Shown here: piece by piece, positions 10,971 to 27,065 of the stretch | Position numbering within the stretch: the stretch's first letter is position 1 | How the letters are laid out: each line of letters opens with the position of its first letter | Origin: Methanocaldococcus sp. 16A | Lineage (GTDB): Archaea; AGJL01; Methanococci; Methanococcales; Methanocaldococcaceae | Reading direction: 5' to 3' (one strand) | Assembly (NCBI GenBank): GCA_049860595.1 | Contig: CP187551.1 | DNA: 64,000 nucleotides | The notes under the pieces: generated by a model | What the model was told of the DNA's origin: nothing | The model's database searches: none | Seen by the model: only the letters and a program-made list of their open reading frames with translations | Position numbers and translations under genes: made by a program

Positions 10971-10985
10971 CTTAGAGGTTTATTT

Positions 10986-11960
10986 ATGATTGATAACAGA
11001 ATAAAATTAGGAATAAAGATTGTATTATTAATAATTTTATTACACAGCCTTATATCAGTTTTTAATTTAGAGACATATATTGGGCTACTTACCAAATACC
11101 AAAATCAAATAATGATTATTGGTATTATTATTTTATCTGGGCTTATTATTGTCGATATTGCTTCTGAGATATTTAAAAAATATGCAAGGGAAAGAGAAGA
11201 AAAAGCTGGAGAATATTTAACTCTAAACTATATCTTTAAATATCTCGTCTATGTTTGTGTAGCTTTGATGATTTTTGGTGTTCTCTATCAAAATGTTTCC
11301 TCTTTAGTGGTTTCAGTTGGTTTAATTGGGGCGGCAATAACTTACGCTCTACAAAAGCCCATTTTAAACTTTGCTGGATGGATTATCATCTTATATACAA
11401 GAACAATAAAAATTGGAGATAGAATTTTTATTAAAGGTATTGGAGCCGGTGATGTATTTGATATTGACACTCAGCACATCTACTTAAGTGAATTAACTCC
11501 TGAAAATTTTAATCCTACAGGAAGAGTATTAATTATTCCAAATTCATATATATTTACATCTTCAATAGAAAACCTTACAAAAGGAACACCATATGTTTGG
11601 GATACGGTTATTGTGCATTTTACACTAAACAGTAATGTAAATAAAGCTGAAAGAATAGTTTTTGAATCTGTTAGTGAAGTTGTAGGAGATTTGATGAAAG
11701 AACTTTATAAAAAATGGTCTAAAAGGAAATATCTAACTTCAAAAAGATTATCTGATAAGCCATTAATTAGAATGGGCATAACAAGAAGTTCTTTTTATAT
11801 AAAATCTCATTATTTAGTTCATGTTTATAATAAAGCAGAAGTAAAAACTGAAATTTATAAAAGAATCTTAGAAAATGTCAATAAAGAAAATGATGTAAAA
11901 TTGGCATATCCTCACATTAAAGCTGTTATTGAATCAGAAAACAACTTTAAAAACACGTGA
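10986..11960 (+). CDS. MscS-family mechanosensitive channel
   Basis: Three TM segments, [18 protein letters not shown] and LIIPNS. Confidence 0.9.
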   Translation: MIDNRIKLGIKIVLLIILLHSLISVFNLETYIGLLTKYQNQIMIIGIIILSGLIIVDIASEIFKKYAREREEKAGEYLTLNYIFKYLVYVCVALMIFGVLYQNVSSLVVSVGLIGAAITYALQKPILNFAGWIIILYTRTIKIGDRIFIKGIGAGDVFDIDTQHIYLSELTPENFNPTGRVLIIPNSYIFTSSIENLTKGTPYVWDTVIVHFTLNSNVNKAERIVFESVSEVVGDLMKELYKKWSKRKYLTSKRLSDKPLIRMGITRSSFYIKSHYLVHVYNKAEVKTEIYKRILENVNKENDVKLAYPHIKAVIESENNFKNT

Positions 11961-13066
11961 TTGTTATGATTTTAGAATATTTAGATGAATTTAAGGATAT
12001 TGATTTTTTAGAAGCTTTAAAAAGATATAGAAATTTAATACTATCGAAGTTAAGATACATTTATGAAAAAAGTAATGAATATCAGAAGGATATAAGGGAA
12101 TATTCAATATGGGATAACATAGATAAAAAAAAGTTAGATACCTTAATTGATTATCTTTTAATAATTTTACTATCTCATACTAATTATTTTAACTCGTTTA
12201 TAAAAGAATATTCTGAAATAAAAAAATATAATTTAATAAAAAATCTCCCTAATAAAATATCTGTCTGGGAATTTATAAAAACAGCTTCAAAGGCAAGAAA
12301 TAATGATTTACACTTAGAGAGATTAGATTTAGAAAATGGATATGTTGATATAACTGAAATTAAAGAAATTTACGCAAGAGAATTTATTAGAGTTGAATTA
12401 AAACATCTCGGAGATTTAGCTAAAAAAGCAAAACTTCCTGAAGAAGATATAATAAAAGACTTACTAAATGAGATTAACAACTACCTAAAAGATAAGGTTA
12501 AATATGAACAAATAGAGGGGATTAAAGCATTAAACTATAAAGGAAACATCCCGTTAGAATGGCATCCACCATGTATAAGAGGAATTTTAAATGATATTTT
12601 GAGTGGAGGCTCTCCATCACATTATGCAAGGAGAAGCTTTGTAGTTTATTGGTTCTGTGCTAAATTTAATCCTAATTTAAGACCTTTAGATAAAAATGGA
12701 AATTTGGTAAATATCTCAGCAACAGATATTACCTCTGAAGAAGAAATTGAGAGATTTATAGATGAACTTATTGAGATGATGTTTAAAAATGTTGAAGATT
12801 TTGATGAAAAAAAGACAAGGTACTATATTATGCACAATATTGGATATAAAGTAGGGCATCAGAGATTAACTCACTGTGAATACTGCAAAAACTGGCAATC
12901 TGATGGAGGGAAGGGACTAAGTTATTACTGCAAACCAGATGAGATTTGTAAGAAAAAATTTATCATACATCCTTTAGATTATCTTTGCTATAATATAAAT
13001 AAAAATTTAAAAAAGGAGAGATTTAAGAAGTTGAAGAAGGAGGATAAAAATGGAAATAATGAATAA
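11957..13066 (+). CDS. priL: DNA primase large subunit (PriL)
   Basis: [22 protein letters not shown] and a Cys-rich C-terminus ending HPLDY. Confidence 0.85.
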   Translation: MIVMILEYLDEFKDIDFLEALKRYRNLILSKLRYIYEKSNEYQKDIREYSIWDNIDKKKLDTLIDYLLIILLSHTNYFNSFIKEYSEIKKYNLIKNLPNKISVWEFIKTASKARNNDLHLERLDLENGYVDITEIKEIYAREFIRVELKHLGDLAKKAKLPEEDIIKDLLNEINNYLKDKVKYEQIEGIKALNYKGNIPLEWHPPCIRGILNDILSGGSPSHYARRSFVVYWFCAKFNPNLRPLDKNGNLVNISATDITSEEEIERFIDELIEMMFKNVEDFDEKKTRYYIMHNIGYKVGHQRLTHCEYCKNWQSDGGKGLSYYCKPDEICKKKFIIHPLDYLCYNINKNLKKERFKKLKKEDKNGNNE

Positions 13067-14831
13067 ATTTTTAGATATTGAAGTTTTATTATCCCCAACG
13101 GTTTATGAAAAGTTGAAAAATTTTAATGAAAGTGAAATTAACAATTTAATTGAAAAAATTAGAGAATTTAAAAAATACAACGATAGCTTTATTTTGTTGG
13201 ATGAGAAGTTCTTAGAAATTTTTTTACAAAAAGATTTGAATGAAATAATAGATGAATATAAAGATTTTGACTTCATATTTTACTACACTGGAGAAGAAGA
13301 AAAAGTAGAAAAAGTTGAAGAAGTAAAAGAAGAAACTGAAGAAAAAATTAAAGAAGAAGTAGAAAAAATAGAATTTGTTAAGAAAGAAGAAAAAGAACAA
13401 TTTGTAAAAAAATCTGAGGAAGATGTTGAAGAGAAATTAAAACAACTAATTTCCAAAGAAGAGAAAAAAGAAGATTTTGATGCTGAGAGAGCTAAAAGAT
13501 ATGAACACATAACAAAAATAAGAGAAAGTGTAAATAGCAGAATAAAATGGATAGCCAAGGATATTGACGCTATAATAGAGATATATGACGATTCAGACGT
13601 TTCTGGAAAATCTACATGCACTGGAACAATTGAGGACTTTGTTAAATACTTTAGAGACAGATTTGAAAGATTAAGAGTATTTATTGAAAGAAAGGCTCAA
13701 AGAAAGGGATATCCTTTAAAAGATATAAAGAAAATGAAAGGGCAGAAAGATATTTTTGTTGTTGGAATTGTTAGTGATGTTGATACCTCAAAAAATGGTA
13801 ATTTAATAGTTAGAATTGAAGATACTGAAGATGAGATAACATTAATTTTACCAAAAGAAAAAATAGACAGTGGACAGTTGCCAGATGATATATTATTGGA
13901 TGAAGTTATTGGAGCTATTGGAGTTGTTAGCAAATCTGGAAGCTCAATATACGTTGATGAAATTATAAGACCTGCATTTTCACCAAAAGAACCGAGAAGA
14001 ATAGATGAAGAAATATATATGGCATTTTTATCAGATATTCACGTTGGAAGTAAAGAGTTCTTACATAAAGAGTTTGAGAAGTTTGTTAGATTTTTAAATG
14101 GGGATGTTGATAACGAATTAGAAGAAAAAGTTGTCAGTAGATTAAAATATATTTGCATTGCTGGAGATTTGGTTGATGGTGTAGGAGTTTATCCTGGACA
14201 AGAAGAGGATTTATATGAAGTAGATGTTATTGAGCAGTATAGAGAGATAGCTATGTATTTAGAGCAGATTCCAGAGCATATACATATAATAATTTCACCT
14301 GGCAACCACGATGCTGTCAGACCTGCAGAACCACAACCAAAACTGCCAGAAAAAATAATAAAGCTATTTAATAGAGATAATATTTACTTCGTTGGAAATC
14401 CGTGTGTTGTTAATATCCATGGCTTCGATACCTTATTATATCACGGTAGAAGCTTTGACGACTTGGTTGGGCAAATAAGGACTGCAAATTATGAAAATCC
14501 AGTAACTATTATGAGAGAGTTAATAAAAAGAAGGTTGTTATGTCCAACTTATGGGGGAAGATGTCCAATAGCTCCAGAACATAAAGATTACTTAGTTATA
14601 GATAGAGATATTGATATTTTACACACTGGACATATACACATCAATGGTTATGGGATTTATAGAGGAGTTGTTATGGTTAATAGTGGAACATTCCAAGAGC
14701 AAACAGATTTCCAGAAGAGAATGGGAATCTCTCCAACTCCTGCAATAGTTCCAATAATAAACATGGCTAAGGTTGGAGAGAAAGGGCATTATTTAGAATG
14801 GGATAGAGGAATTTTAGAAGTTAGATATTAA
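13050..14831 (+). CDS. polD1: DNA polymerase D small (exonuclease) subunit DP1
   Basis: SDIHVGS, AGDLVDG, PGNHD, YHGRS and HTGHIH phosphoesterase motifs; OB fold; acidic linker. Confidence 0.96.
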   Translation: MEIMNKFLDIEVLLSPTVYEKLKNFNESEINNLIEKIREFKKYNDSFILLDEKFLEIFLQKDLNEIIDEYKDFDFIFYYTGEEEKVEKVEEVKEETEEKIKEEVEKIEFVKKEEKEQFVKKSEEDVEEKLKQLISKEEKKEDFDAERAKRYEHITKIRESVNSRIKWIAKDIDAIIEIYDDSDVSGKSTCTGTIEDFVKYFRDRFERLRVFIERKAQRKGYPLKDIKKMKGQKDIFVVGIVSDVDTSKNGNLIVRIEDTEDEITLILPKEKIDSGQLPDDILLDEVIGAIGVVSKSGSSIYVDEIIRPAFSPKEPRRIDEEIYMAFLSDIHVGSKEFLHKEFEKFVRFLNGDVDNELEEKVVSRLKYICIAGDLVDGVGVYPGQEEDLYEVDVIEQYREIAMYLEQIPEHIHIIISPGNHDAVRPAEPQPKLPEKIIKLFNRDNIYFVGNPCVVNIHGFDTLLYHGRSFDDLVGQIRTANYENPVTIMRELIKRRLLCPTYGGRCPIAPEHKDYLVIDRDIDILHTGHIHINGYGIYRGVVMVNSGTFQEQTDFQKRMGISPTPAIVPIINMAKVGEKGHYLEWDRGILEVRY

Positions 14832-14888
14832 ATATTATTTTTTATATATCACGATGAAGGTTTTTTATTTTTAGTTTATGATAAAAAT

Positions 14889-15368
14889 TTAAAACTCAAC
14901 AAATACAGCGATAAAAAGCAATAAGATTATGGGCATAAGAAATACTAAAACATTTACAACATTTACTGAATCTACTCCTAAATAACCTAAAATATATCCA
15001 GCAAAATACATCCAAACTATAATAAAACCAAATGTTAACAAAAATAACCAGTTATGTTTATCAAAAGGTAGTTTTTTATAAATGATAACCTCAATGAGAG
15101 TTTTAATAACTAAAAATAAAATAAAAACATTAATTACAGTTAATTTTATGTTTAAAAGTTTAATAAAAAGTATTGTTATAACTAAACTAACCAATGTTAT
15201 AACAACTTTTTTAATATCAATATCTTTAATGGCTTTATATAAACCAAACAATTCTTTAAATCCATTATCAACACCAACCATTTTTTTAAATAGTATATCT
15301 AAAACAAAGATAAATATGCATCCAAAAATTAATACTAAAGCAATATATTCTATAAAACTAATATCCAT
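14889..15368 (-). CDS. Hypothetical polytopic membrane protein
   Basis: About five hydrophobic segments and a GGTGA SD; no recognised motif. Confidence 0.65.
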   Translation of the reverse strand: MDISFIEYIALVLIFGCIFIFVLDILFKKMVGVDNGFKELFGLYKAIKDIDIKKVVITLVSLVITILFIKLLNIKLTVINVFILFLVIKTLIEVIIYKKLPFDKHNWLFLLTFGFIIVWMYFAGYILGYLGVDSVNVVNVLVFLMPIILLLFIAVFVEF

Positions 15369-15455
15369 TTGTCTTCACCATTTTGAATTTTATTTAAATT
15401 TTTAAATTTGAACTAATTATTATCTTGGATTTAAATCTTTCACATTGGTGAAAAT

Positions 15456-16136
15456 ATGGAAATAATTCCAGTTATTGATTTAAAAGATAAAATAGCTGTG
15501 CATGGAAAGAGCGGAAATAGAGACGAATATAAGCCATTAAAATCCGTTATTTGCAATTCATCAAATCCTATTGATGTAGCAATTGCCTATAAAGAAAGAG
15601 GAGCTGAAACTATCTACATCGCTGATTTAAACGCTATAATGGGAAATGGAAATAATTTTGAAATTATAAAAAAAATAGATTTTATAAATAAAATTGTTGA
15701 TATTGGAATAAAGAAAAAAGATGACTTAGAATATATTAAAAAATTTTTAAATAAAGATGATAAAGCAATAGTGGCAACTGAAACATTAAATGATATTGAA
15801 TTACTTAAAGAAAGCGATATAGTTGTTAGTTTAGATTTTAAAAATGGAGAACTTTTAAATTATAGCTTAGATGAAGTTTTAACTTATGTTAAAAAAGACA
15901 CACCATTAATAATCTTAGATATCTCTTCAGTTGGAACTCAAAAAGGTGTTAATGTAGAACTTATAAAATGTATTTTAGATAAAACAAATAATCCCGTGTA
16001 TGTTGGTGGAGGAATTAAAGATATTAAAGATATTGAGCTATGCTATAAATTAGGAGTTGATGGGGTTTTGATAGCAACGGCAATACATAAAGGAGTTTTA
16101 GATTTGGAAGAAATTATTAATAAATTTGGTGATTAA
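15456..16136 (+). CDS. HisA/HisF-related TIM-barrel protein
   Basis: IIPVIDL, YIADLNAI, VSLD and VYVGGGI motifs. Confidence 0.85.
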   Translation: MEIIPVIDLKDKIAVHGKSGNRDEYKPLKSVICNSSNPIDVAIAYKERGAETIYIADLNAIMGNGNNFEIIKKIDFINKIVDIGIKKKDDLEYIKKFLNKDDKAIVATETLNDIELLKESDIVVSLDFKNGELLNYSLDEVLTYVKKDTPLIILDISSVGTQKGVNVELIKCILDKTNNPVYVGGGIKDIKDIELCYKLGVDGVLIATAIHKGVLDLEEIINKFGD

Positions 16137-16166
16137 ATAACAATTAAATAAATTTTTGGTGGTATA

Positions 16167-17384
16167 ATGGAAAATTATAATGAAATAATTGAAAAAATGA
16201 TAAATGGAGAAATAAAGCCATATCAATTAGATAAACTATATAATTCAAAAATAGCTACTGAAATTAGGAGAAAATTTATTGAAAAAGTAGTAGGGATAGA
16301 GTTTAAACATATTAACAAATACACAATAGATGAAGAAATGGCTATGAAAAAGAATATAGAGAACATGATTGGAGCCATACAAATCCCTCTTGGATTTGCA
16401 GGACCTTTAAAAATTAATGGAGAATATGCTAAAGGAGAGTTTTATATTCCATTGGCTACAACTGAAGGGGCTTTAGTAGCTTCAGTTAATAGAGGTTGCT
16501 CAATAATAACAAAATGTGGGGGAGCTACTGTTAGGGTTATAGATGATAAGATGACAAGAGCCCCTTGCTTAAAAACAAAAAGTGTTGTAGATGCAATAAA
16601 AGTTAGAGATTGGATTAAAGAAAACTTTGAAAAGATAAAGGAAGTTGCTGAATCAACAACAAGGCATGGAAAATTAATAAGGATAGAACCAATCTTAATC
16701 GTTGGAAGAAACTTATATCCAAGATTTGTATTTAAGACAGGAGATGCTATGGGCATGAATATGGTTACAATTGCTACAGAAAAGGCTTGCAATTTTATAG
16801 AGGAAGAATTAAAAAAAGAAGGTATATTTGTTAAAACCGTTGCTGTTAGTGGAAACGCTTGCGTTGATAAAAAACCAAGTGGAATGAATTTAATTAATGG
16901 AAGAGGAAAATCAATTGTAGCAGAGATTTATTTAGAGGAAAAAGAGGTTAATAAATATCTAAAAACCACTTCTGAAGCAATTGCTGAAGTAAATAGATTA
17001 AAAAATTATATAGGCTCAGCAATAAGCAACAGCATGGGTTTCAATGCTCATTATGCAAATATTATTGGAGCTATATTCTTGGCTACTGGACAAGACGAAG
17101 CTCAAATAGTTGAGGGTAGTTTAGGAATTACTATGGCAGAGGTCGAAGATGATGGATTATACTTCTCTGTAACATTGCCAGATGTTCCAATAGGAACTGT
17201 TGGTGGAGGGACAAGGGTTGAGACACAAAAAGAGTGTTTAGAAATGCTTGGTTGCTATGGAGATAATAAAGCTTTAAAATTTGCTGAGATTATTGGAGGG
17301 GCTGTGTTAGCTGGAGAGTTATCCTTATTAGGTGCTTTAGCTGCTGGTCATTTAGGAAAAGCTCACCAAGAACTCGGTAGATAA
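16167..17384 (+). CDS. hmgA: HMG-CoA reductase (NADPH, class I)
   Basis: ENMIG, PLATTEGALVAS, TGDAMGMNM and GTVGGGT motifs. Confidence 0.97.
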   Translation: MENYNEIIEKMINGEIKPYQLDKLYNSKIATEIRRKFIEKVVGIEFKHINKYTIDEEMAMKKNIENMIGAIQIPLGFAGPLKINGEYAKGEFYIPLATTEGALVASVNRGCSIITKCGGATVRVIDDKMTRAPCLKTKSVVDAIKVRDWIKENFEKIKEVAESTTRHGKLIRIEPILIVGRNLYPRFVFKTGDAMGMNMVTIATEKACNFIEEELKKEGIFVKTVAVSGNACVDKKPSGMNLINGRGKSIVAEIYLEEKEVNKYLKTTSEAIAEVNRLKNYIGSAISNSMGFNAHYANIIGAIFLATGQDEAQIVEGSLGITMAEVEDDGLYFSVTLPDVPIGTVGGGTRVETQKECLEMLGCYGDNKALKFAEIIGGAVLAGELSLLGALAAGHLGKAHQELGR

Positions 17385-17386
17385 TT

Positions 17387-18031
17387 ATGAGAGATGCTTA
17401 TTTAATGATGGTCTTAATGGATGCATTGAAAGAAATATTTGATTTAAAAGAAATTCTAAAGAGCCCTATAAGAAATAAAAAAGTTGTTTTATTTGTCAGT
17501 GTAATTTTTATTTTATCTTTAGCAATATCATATATTTTGATTGCCAATGTAAAATATTTTTCGTATTTAGGAGATATGGCCTTTCAAAATTTTCAAGAAC
17601 ATGTTGAAAATCTAAAAATCACGTTAAATGAGGATAGTTCAACAATAATATTAGCCATTTGGAAAAATAACCTAACTGTCTGTATTTTAAACTATATCAT
17701 TGGAGCTTTGTCATTATTTGTTATTGCTGTTAATTCCTATATTTTATCATACGTGCTCTACAAATTTGGTGCTGAAAGCTTTATCTACTTAGTTTTACCA
17801 CATGGAATCATTGAAATCCCCGCTCTAATACTTTCAGCATCAAGTGGAGTTTTATTTAACATAGGATTGATTAATTTTTTAATAAACTTCAAATTTGGGA
17901 CTAAAAGAGATGTTTTACATTATATAAAAGAATCTTTAAAGTTACTTGTCCTCTCTATAATACTATTCATAGTAGCTGGAATTGTTGAAGGGACTATAAC
18001 ATATAAAATAGCCAAAATCATGTTTTCTTAA
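17387..18031 (+). CDS. SpoIIM-family membrane protein
   Basis: WKNN, LPHGIIEIPA and AGIVEGTIT motifs. Confidence 0.88.
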   Translation: MRDAYLMMVLMDALKEIFDLKEILKSPIRNKKVVLFVSVIFILSLAISYILIANVKYFSYLGDMAFQNFQEHVENLKITLNEDSSTIILAIWKNNLTVCILNYIIGALSLFVIAVNSYILSYVLYKFGAESFIYLVLPHGIIEIPALILSASSGVLFNIGLINFLINFKFGTKRDVLHYIKESLKLLVLSIILFIVAGIVEGTITYKIAKIMFS

Positions 18032-18121
18032 AGATAAAAAGAGAAATTAAATGAAAAAATTAAAGTCCATTAATGAGAAATAATATAATAGAAAAACATA
18101 GAAAAACAAAAAATAGCTCGT

Positions 18122-18265
18122 TTATCCTCTTGGTTCTTTTGCTTTTGGTCTTAAACCTTTGTATCCACACTTTCTACATTTTGTAGCTCTCCAAGGGTTT
18201 CTTGCATTACATCTCATGCAAATCTTTTTCATAAATAATCTTTTCATTGCTTCTTCAAATGGCAT
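18122..18265 (-). CDS. rpl40e: 50S ribosomal protein L40e
   Basis: Too short for the ORF track. Manual translation [47 protein letters not shown]; GGTGAG SD. Confidence 0.97.
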   Translation of the reverse strand: MPFEEAMKRLFMKKICMRCNARNPWRATKCRKCGYKGLRPKAKEPRG

Positions 18266-18336
18266 TTTCTCACCTGCAGATTTTTAATAGAACAAGTCCT
18301 ATTTAATAAACATTATGTTTTTCATTTGAAATTTTT

Positions 18337-18846
18337 TTATCTTTGCAAAAACTCTTGTTGAATTTCAACAACTTCTGCTGAATTTTTAGCATTTGAGTAT
18401 CTTTCTAATAATTCATTATTAACATTTATAAATGTTTCTGCCCACTTAAAGCAGGAGGTTAAATTTAATGCTTCATCCTTAAAGTTAGTTATATATAAAG
18501 CAGCGATAAAAGCTTCTAATGTTGAAAGCATGCAAGGCTTTCCATAATTTATTGGATTACAGGCAACTAAAAATGGTAAAGACCTTTGATTTTTAAATTT
18601 AAATTTCTTAAACATCAACTCTGCTTCTTTCCATGAACAGTCAAGAGCAGTTATACCAAACTTTTCCACTATTTTTTTATCTTCTGGAGATAGAGCTTTT
18701 TCAGCGTAAGGGTTTAGAATTATTGAGTTTTTTGGAACTTTGTATGGGTTTTTTAACAAAATGGCTTTATTCATCTTAGCCATTTTTAAGGATGTGCATT
18801 TTTTTGGGTTGCATTGATTTGCATGATATATGAAAAGCTTCGGCAT
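18337..18846 (-). CDS. tsr3: 16S rRNA aminocarboxypropyltransferase Tsr3
   Basis: QCNPKKCTS, LDCSW, RSLPFLVACNPINYG and LSTLEA motifs. Confidence 0.92.
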   Translation of the reverse strand: MPKLFIYHANQCNPKKCTSLKMAKMNKAILLKNPYKVPKNSIILNPYAEKALSPEDKKIVEKFGITALDCSWKEAELMFKKFKFKNQRSLPFLVACNPINYGKPCMLSTLEAFIAALYITNFKDEALNLTSCFKWAETFINVNNELLERYSNAKNSAEVVEIQQEFLQR

Positions 18847-18930
18847 TGTTATCACAATTTTGTGAAATGGTAAAGAAAATTAAGTTGTATAAGTAGTATT
18901 TATTTTTTACTGTTATTGTGGTGATATGGA

Positions 18931-20286
18931 ATGAAAAATGTTGAAATTCTCTTAGGTAATCCAAAAAAAGCTATAATTGAGGTATCAAAACCTATAATTG
19001 TTGCTACATTTATTGAATCAATCTATAGCTTAGTTGATAGCATCTGGGTTTCTGGATTGGGGGCTGATGCATTAGCTGCTGTAGGAGCGAGTTTTCCAAT
19101 ATTAATTAGCATATATGCAGTTAGTTGGGGTTTGAGTGTTGGAATTAGTTCCGGAATAGCAAGGAGAGTTGGAGCAAAAAATAAAGTAGAAGCTGATAAA
19201 GTGGCAAATCATGCAATTATATTAGCATTGATTTCTGGAATTTTGTATATCTTAGCTGTATATCCAAATCTTGATACACTATTTAGCTTAATGGGAACTT
19301 ATGGAGCTTGTAAATCCTTGGCTATAAAATATTCAAACATATTGGTTTTAGGGGTTGTTATATTTACAATCTGCGATGCGTTGTATGGAATATTTAGAGG
19401 TGAAGGGAACACAAAAATTGTTATGATAGCAAGTGTTGTGGGAACTTTAACAAACATCATCTTAGACCCAATATTCATCTATATGTTAAATTTAGGGATA
19501 AGTGGGGCAAGTTATGCTACTTTAATAGCTATAACTATATCCCTCTTAATTTTAGCTTACAATTTATTTATAAAAAAGGCATGTTATGTTACTGTTAAGT
19601 TATCAAAATTTAAACCTAACTTAGATATTATTATTGATTTAATTAGGGTGGGAATTCCCTCAGCACTAATGGAAATGACCGTTGCAGTATCATTCTTTAT
19701 AATGACATCAATAATTATGATTGTTGGAGGTAGCGAAGGTTTAGCTGTCTATACTGGAGCTTTAAGAATAACAGAGTTTGGTTTTATTCCAATGTTAGGT
19801 TTGGCTAGTGGAGCTACATCAGTTATAGGAGCTACCTATGGGGCAAAAAGCTTTGAAAAATTAAAAACAGCTTATTTTTATACAATAAAAATTGGAATTT
19901 TAATGGAAATTGTTATAGTTGCTTTAATAATGCTCTTATCCCCAGTTTTGGCTTATCTATTTACTTATACTGAAGTTTCTATGGGAATTCATGAAGAACT
20001 CGTTAGAGCTTTAAGAATAGTTCCATTATATTTACTATTTACTCCATTTATATTAACAACATCTGCAATGTTTCAAGGGATTGGAAAGGGAGAGAAATCA
20101 TTGATAATAGCTATATTTAGGTCTTTAGTATGTCATATAGGATATGCTTATTTATTTGCTATAATTTTAGGGTTAGGAATGTTTGGAATATATGGAGGTT
20201 TAGTGACTGGAGAATTCACCTCTGGAATTTTTGCATTTCTATTTGGAATTTTAACAATAAAAACATTAATCAAATATTCTAAATAA
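18931..20286 (+). CDS. MATE family efflux transporter
   Basis: About 12 TM segments; [17 protein letters not shown] and NIILDPIFI motifs. Confidence 0.93.
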   Translation: MKNVEILLGNPKKAIIEVSKPIIVATFIESIYSLVDSIWVSGLGADALAAVGASFPILISIYAVSWGLSVGISSGIARRVGAKNKVEADKVANHAIILALISGILYILAVYPNLDTLFSLMGTYGACKSLAIKYSNILVLGVVIFTICDALYGIFRGEGNTKIVMIASVVGTLTNIILDPIFIYMLNLGISGASYATLIAITISLLILAYNLFIKKACYVTVKLSKFKPNLDIIIDLIRVGIPSALMEMTVAVSFFIMTSIIMIVGGSEGLAVYTGALRITEFGFIPMLGLASGATSVIGATYGAKSFEKLKTAYFYTIKIGILMEIVIVALIMLLSPVLAYLFTYTEVSMGIHEELVRALRIVPLYLLFTPFILTTSAMFQGIGKGEKSLIIAIFRSLVCHIGYAYLFAIILGLGMFGIYGGLVTGEFTSGIFAFLFGILTIKTLIKYSK

Positions 20287-20324
20287 TAAAATTAAAACTA
20301 AAAAAATATTTTTGAGGGATAATT

Positions 20325-21380
20325 ATGATTGGATATGTTCTAAATGGAGAGCATGAAGAAATCCCTTATGGAGAGCTCATGGCATTATTGGAAATTTTTG
20401 ACTATAATGGAAATATTGAGAGATTAAAAAGATACGTTGTAACTGAAGATAGTCCAGCTAAAGATGTTGTTAGAAGAAGTGGGTATATAGACGAAGGGCA
20501 TAGGATAATATTCAAATACAATTTAGAAGAAAAGAGTGTAGATTTAGCAGATAAAATTGTTGATGATTTTATAAACTCATTTAAAGACTTTATAGCAAAT
20601 ATTGATTATCCCGACATTGATAAAAGCAAATCATTCGCTGTTAGAGTTTTAAAACTCCACAAAGATGAATTTACAAAATCCATAGACTCATTAAAAATTG
20701 AGAGAGAAATTGGAGGAATTATAAAATTAAAAACCAATGCAAAAGTAAATTTAACAAAACCAAATGTGTTAGTTAGAGTGGTTATCTTAGAAAATACATT
20801 TTTTATTTCCAATGTATTAGAGATGAGAGATAGGGAATATTTCCAAAAAAATAGACCGCATTTAAGAAAGTACTTCCATCCAGGTTGTATGCTTCCAAAA
20901 CTTGCGAGAGCTATGGTAAATTTAGCAAGAGTTAAAGAAAAAGATGTTGTTTTAGACCCATTTTGTGGAACAGGTGGATTTTTAATTGAAGCTGGTTTAA
21001 TTGGGGCTAAGCTCATTGGTTGTGATATAGATTGGAGAATGGCTTCTGGAACTTTAATCAATCTTGAAGAGTACAACCTATTAGATAAAGTAATAAAAGT
21101 TAAAAGATTAGATGCCAAATATGTAAAAGAGTTTTTAAATGAATTAAACATAGAAAAAGTCGATGCCATTGTAACAGACCCTCCTTATGGGATATCAACA
21201 GCAAAAAAAGGTGAAATTGAGAAGATATTAGAAACTCTCCCAAAGGTTATTAAAGAAAATGGCTACTTTGTTTTTGCATATCCAAGAAAGATTGACCTTG
21301 ATATGGAATTAAAAGGACTTTATAAAGTATATATCCATAAGGGGCTGATTAGACACATCCATGTTTATAAGAAAATCTAA
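20325..21380 (+). CDS. trm11: tRNA (guanine10-N2)-dimethyltransferase (THUMP + MTase)
   Basis: PKLARAMVNL, LDPFCGTGG and TDPPYG motifs. Confidence 0.9.
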   Translation: MIGYVLNGEHEEIPYGELMALLEIFDYNGNIERLKRYVVTEDSPAKDVVRRSGYIDEGHRIIFKYNLEEKSVDLADKIVDDFINSFKDFIANIDYPDIDKSKSFAVRVLKLHKDEFTKSIDSLKIEREIGGIIKLKTNAKVNLTKPNVLVRVVILENTFFISNVLEMRDREYFQKNRPHLRKYFHPGCMLPKLARAMVNLARVKEKDVVLDPFCGTGGFLIEAGLIGAKLIGCDIDWRMASGTLINLEEYNLLDKVIKVKRLDAKYVKEFLNELNIEKVDAIVTDPPYGISTAKKGEIEKILETLPKVIKENGYFVFAYPRKIDLDMELKGLYKVYIHKGLIRHIHVYKKI

Positions 21381-21460
21381 ATGTTATTACATTTACTAAA
21401 AATATTTATGAAAATTTATGAAAAATTTATTAAATTGTAAGTTAAATATTTAAATACCCA

Positions 21461-21478
21461 ACCGAAAAGTTTATATAT
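21461..21478 (+). promoter_or_regulatory. BRE + TATA box of the tRNA/rRNA cluster
   Basis: ACCGAAAAG-TTTATATA about 36 nt upstream of tRNA-Phe; canonical Methanococcales promoter. Confidence 0.85.
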
Positions 21479-21513
21479 GTGAAATGTAATGCATAATTAT
21501 GCAAACATTGGGT

Positions 21514-21590
21514 GCCGCGGTAGTTCAGCCTGGGAGAACGCTGGACTGAAGATCCAGTTGTCGGGTGTTCAAATCACCCCCGCGGCACCA
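21514..21590 (+). tRNA. tRNA-Phe (GAA)
   Basis: GCCGCGG/CCGCGGC acceptor stem, CTGGA-CTGAAGA-TCCAG anticodon arm, CCA. Confidence 0.97.
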
Positions 21591-21598
21591 TTTTATGT

Positions 21599-21674
21599 GC
21601 CCCCATAGCTCAGATGGTAGAGCGACGGACTGTTAATCCGTAGGTCGCAGGTTCGAGTCCTGCTGGGGGCGCCA
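21599..21674 (+). tRNA. tRNA-Asn (GTT)
   Basis: GCCCCCA/TGGGGGC stem, ACGGA-CTGTTAA-TCCGT arm, CCA. Confidence 0.97.
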
Positions 21675-21703
21675 TTAATTTTTTATTTTTTTATGCCCGA
21701 TAT

Positions 21704-21781
21704 GGGCCCGTAGCTCAGCCTGGTCAGAGCGCTCGGCTCATAACCGAGTGGTCAAGGGTTCAAATCCCTTCGGGCCCACCA
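21704..21781 (+). tRNA. tRNA with CAT anticodon, most likely tRNA-Ile2 (agmatidine-modified)
   Basis: CTCGG-CTCATAA-CCGAG arm; GGGCCCG acceptor stem is Ile-like rather than Met-like. Confidence 0.85.
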
Positions 21782-21796
21782 TATAACTAATAATTA

Positions 21797-21871
21797 GCTC
21801 CGGTGGTGTAGTCCGGCCAATCATGCGGGCCTTTCGAGCCCGCGACCCGGGTTCAAATCCCGGCCGGAGCA
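21797..21871 (+). tRNA. tRNA-Glu (TTC), CCA not encoded
   Basis: GCTCCGG/CCGGAGC stem, GCGGGC-CTTTCGA-GCCCGC arm; followed by ATCA. Confidence 0.96.
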
Positions 21872-21910
21872 TCATTTGCTCTATTTTGGGGTTAATTAAG
21901 TTTTATACGT

Positions 21911-21998
21911 GCAGGGGTCGCCAAGCCTGGCCAAAGGCGCTGGGCCTAGGACCCAGTCCCGTAGGGGTTCCAGGGTTCAAATCCCTGCCCCTGCACCA
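21911..21998 (+). tRNA. tRNA-Leu (TAG)
   Basis: CTGGG-CCTAGGA-CCCAG arm, long variable arm, CCA. Confidence 0.96.
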
Positions 21999-22008
21999 TA
22001 GGTAAAGT

Positions 22009-22081
22009 GGCCGGGGTGGGGTAGTGGCCATCCTGGGGGACTGTGGATCCCCTGACCCGGGTTCAATTCCCGGTCCCGGCC
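22009..22081 (+). tRNA. tRNA-His (GTG), with encoded G-1
   Basis: GGGGA-CTGTGGA-TCCCC arm; G precedes GCCGGGG; C discriminator; followed by a T-tract. Confidence 0.95.
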
Positions 22082-22280
22082 CTTTTTTTATTTTTTAATC
22101 CTTATTGTTCTAATCCTAAAAACATTACATATAACAACTTCTCACTATAGGATGCACTTGAAGGATGCGTCCCCAATCCGAAGGGGTTGGGGCTGAGGCA
22201 AGCCCACGACTGGTGGTGAAACCCCGCAGCAACCAGCCGCAAGAAAGGTTTATCCTTTCTTGCGACCGTACTCCTACTTA

Positions 22281-23761
<1,481 letters not shown>

Positions 23762-23825
23762 GAGAAAAAAGTGCTGGTTGCTGCGGGGCACCAAACCAGT
23801 CGTGGGCTTGCCTCATAGGGAAAGT

Positions 23826-23898
23826 GGGCCCGTAGCTCAGCTGGGAGAGCGCCGGCCTTGCAAGCCGGAGGCCGTGGGTTCAAATCCCACCGGGTCCA
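23826..23898 (+). tRNA. tRNA-Ala (TGC), in the 16S-23S spacer
   Basis: CCGGC-CTTGCAA-GCCGG arm; GGGCCCG/CGGGTCC stem with a G3:U70 pair. Confidence 0.97.
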
Positions 23899-23995
23899 CT
23901 ATATATGCAGCCTGCAACTCTAAAGAGTTGCAGGTGAAGGGCCTGAAAAACATGAGGGCCATGCATAGGCTTCCACATCCCGGTGAAATCTGGAT

Positions 23996-27003
<3,008 letters not shown>

Positions 27004-27065
27004 GTCCAGACACTAAGCGGATGTGGAAGCCTATGCATGGCCCTAAAAAGGCACCATTTATTTCT

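Noticed and set aside
13283-13480. Glu/Lys low-complexity stretch in DP1 as a possible intein or insertion
   Set aside because: No intein terminal motifs; a variable acidic linker is normal between DP1 domains.
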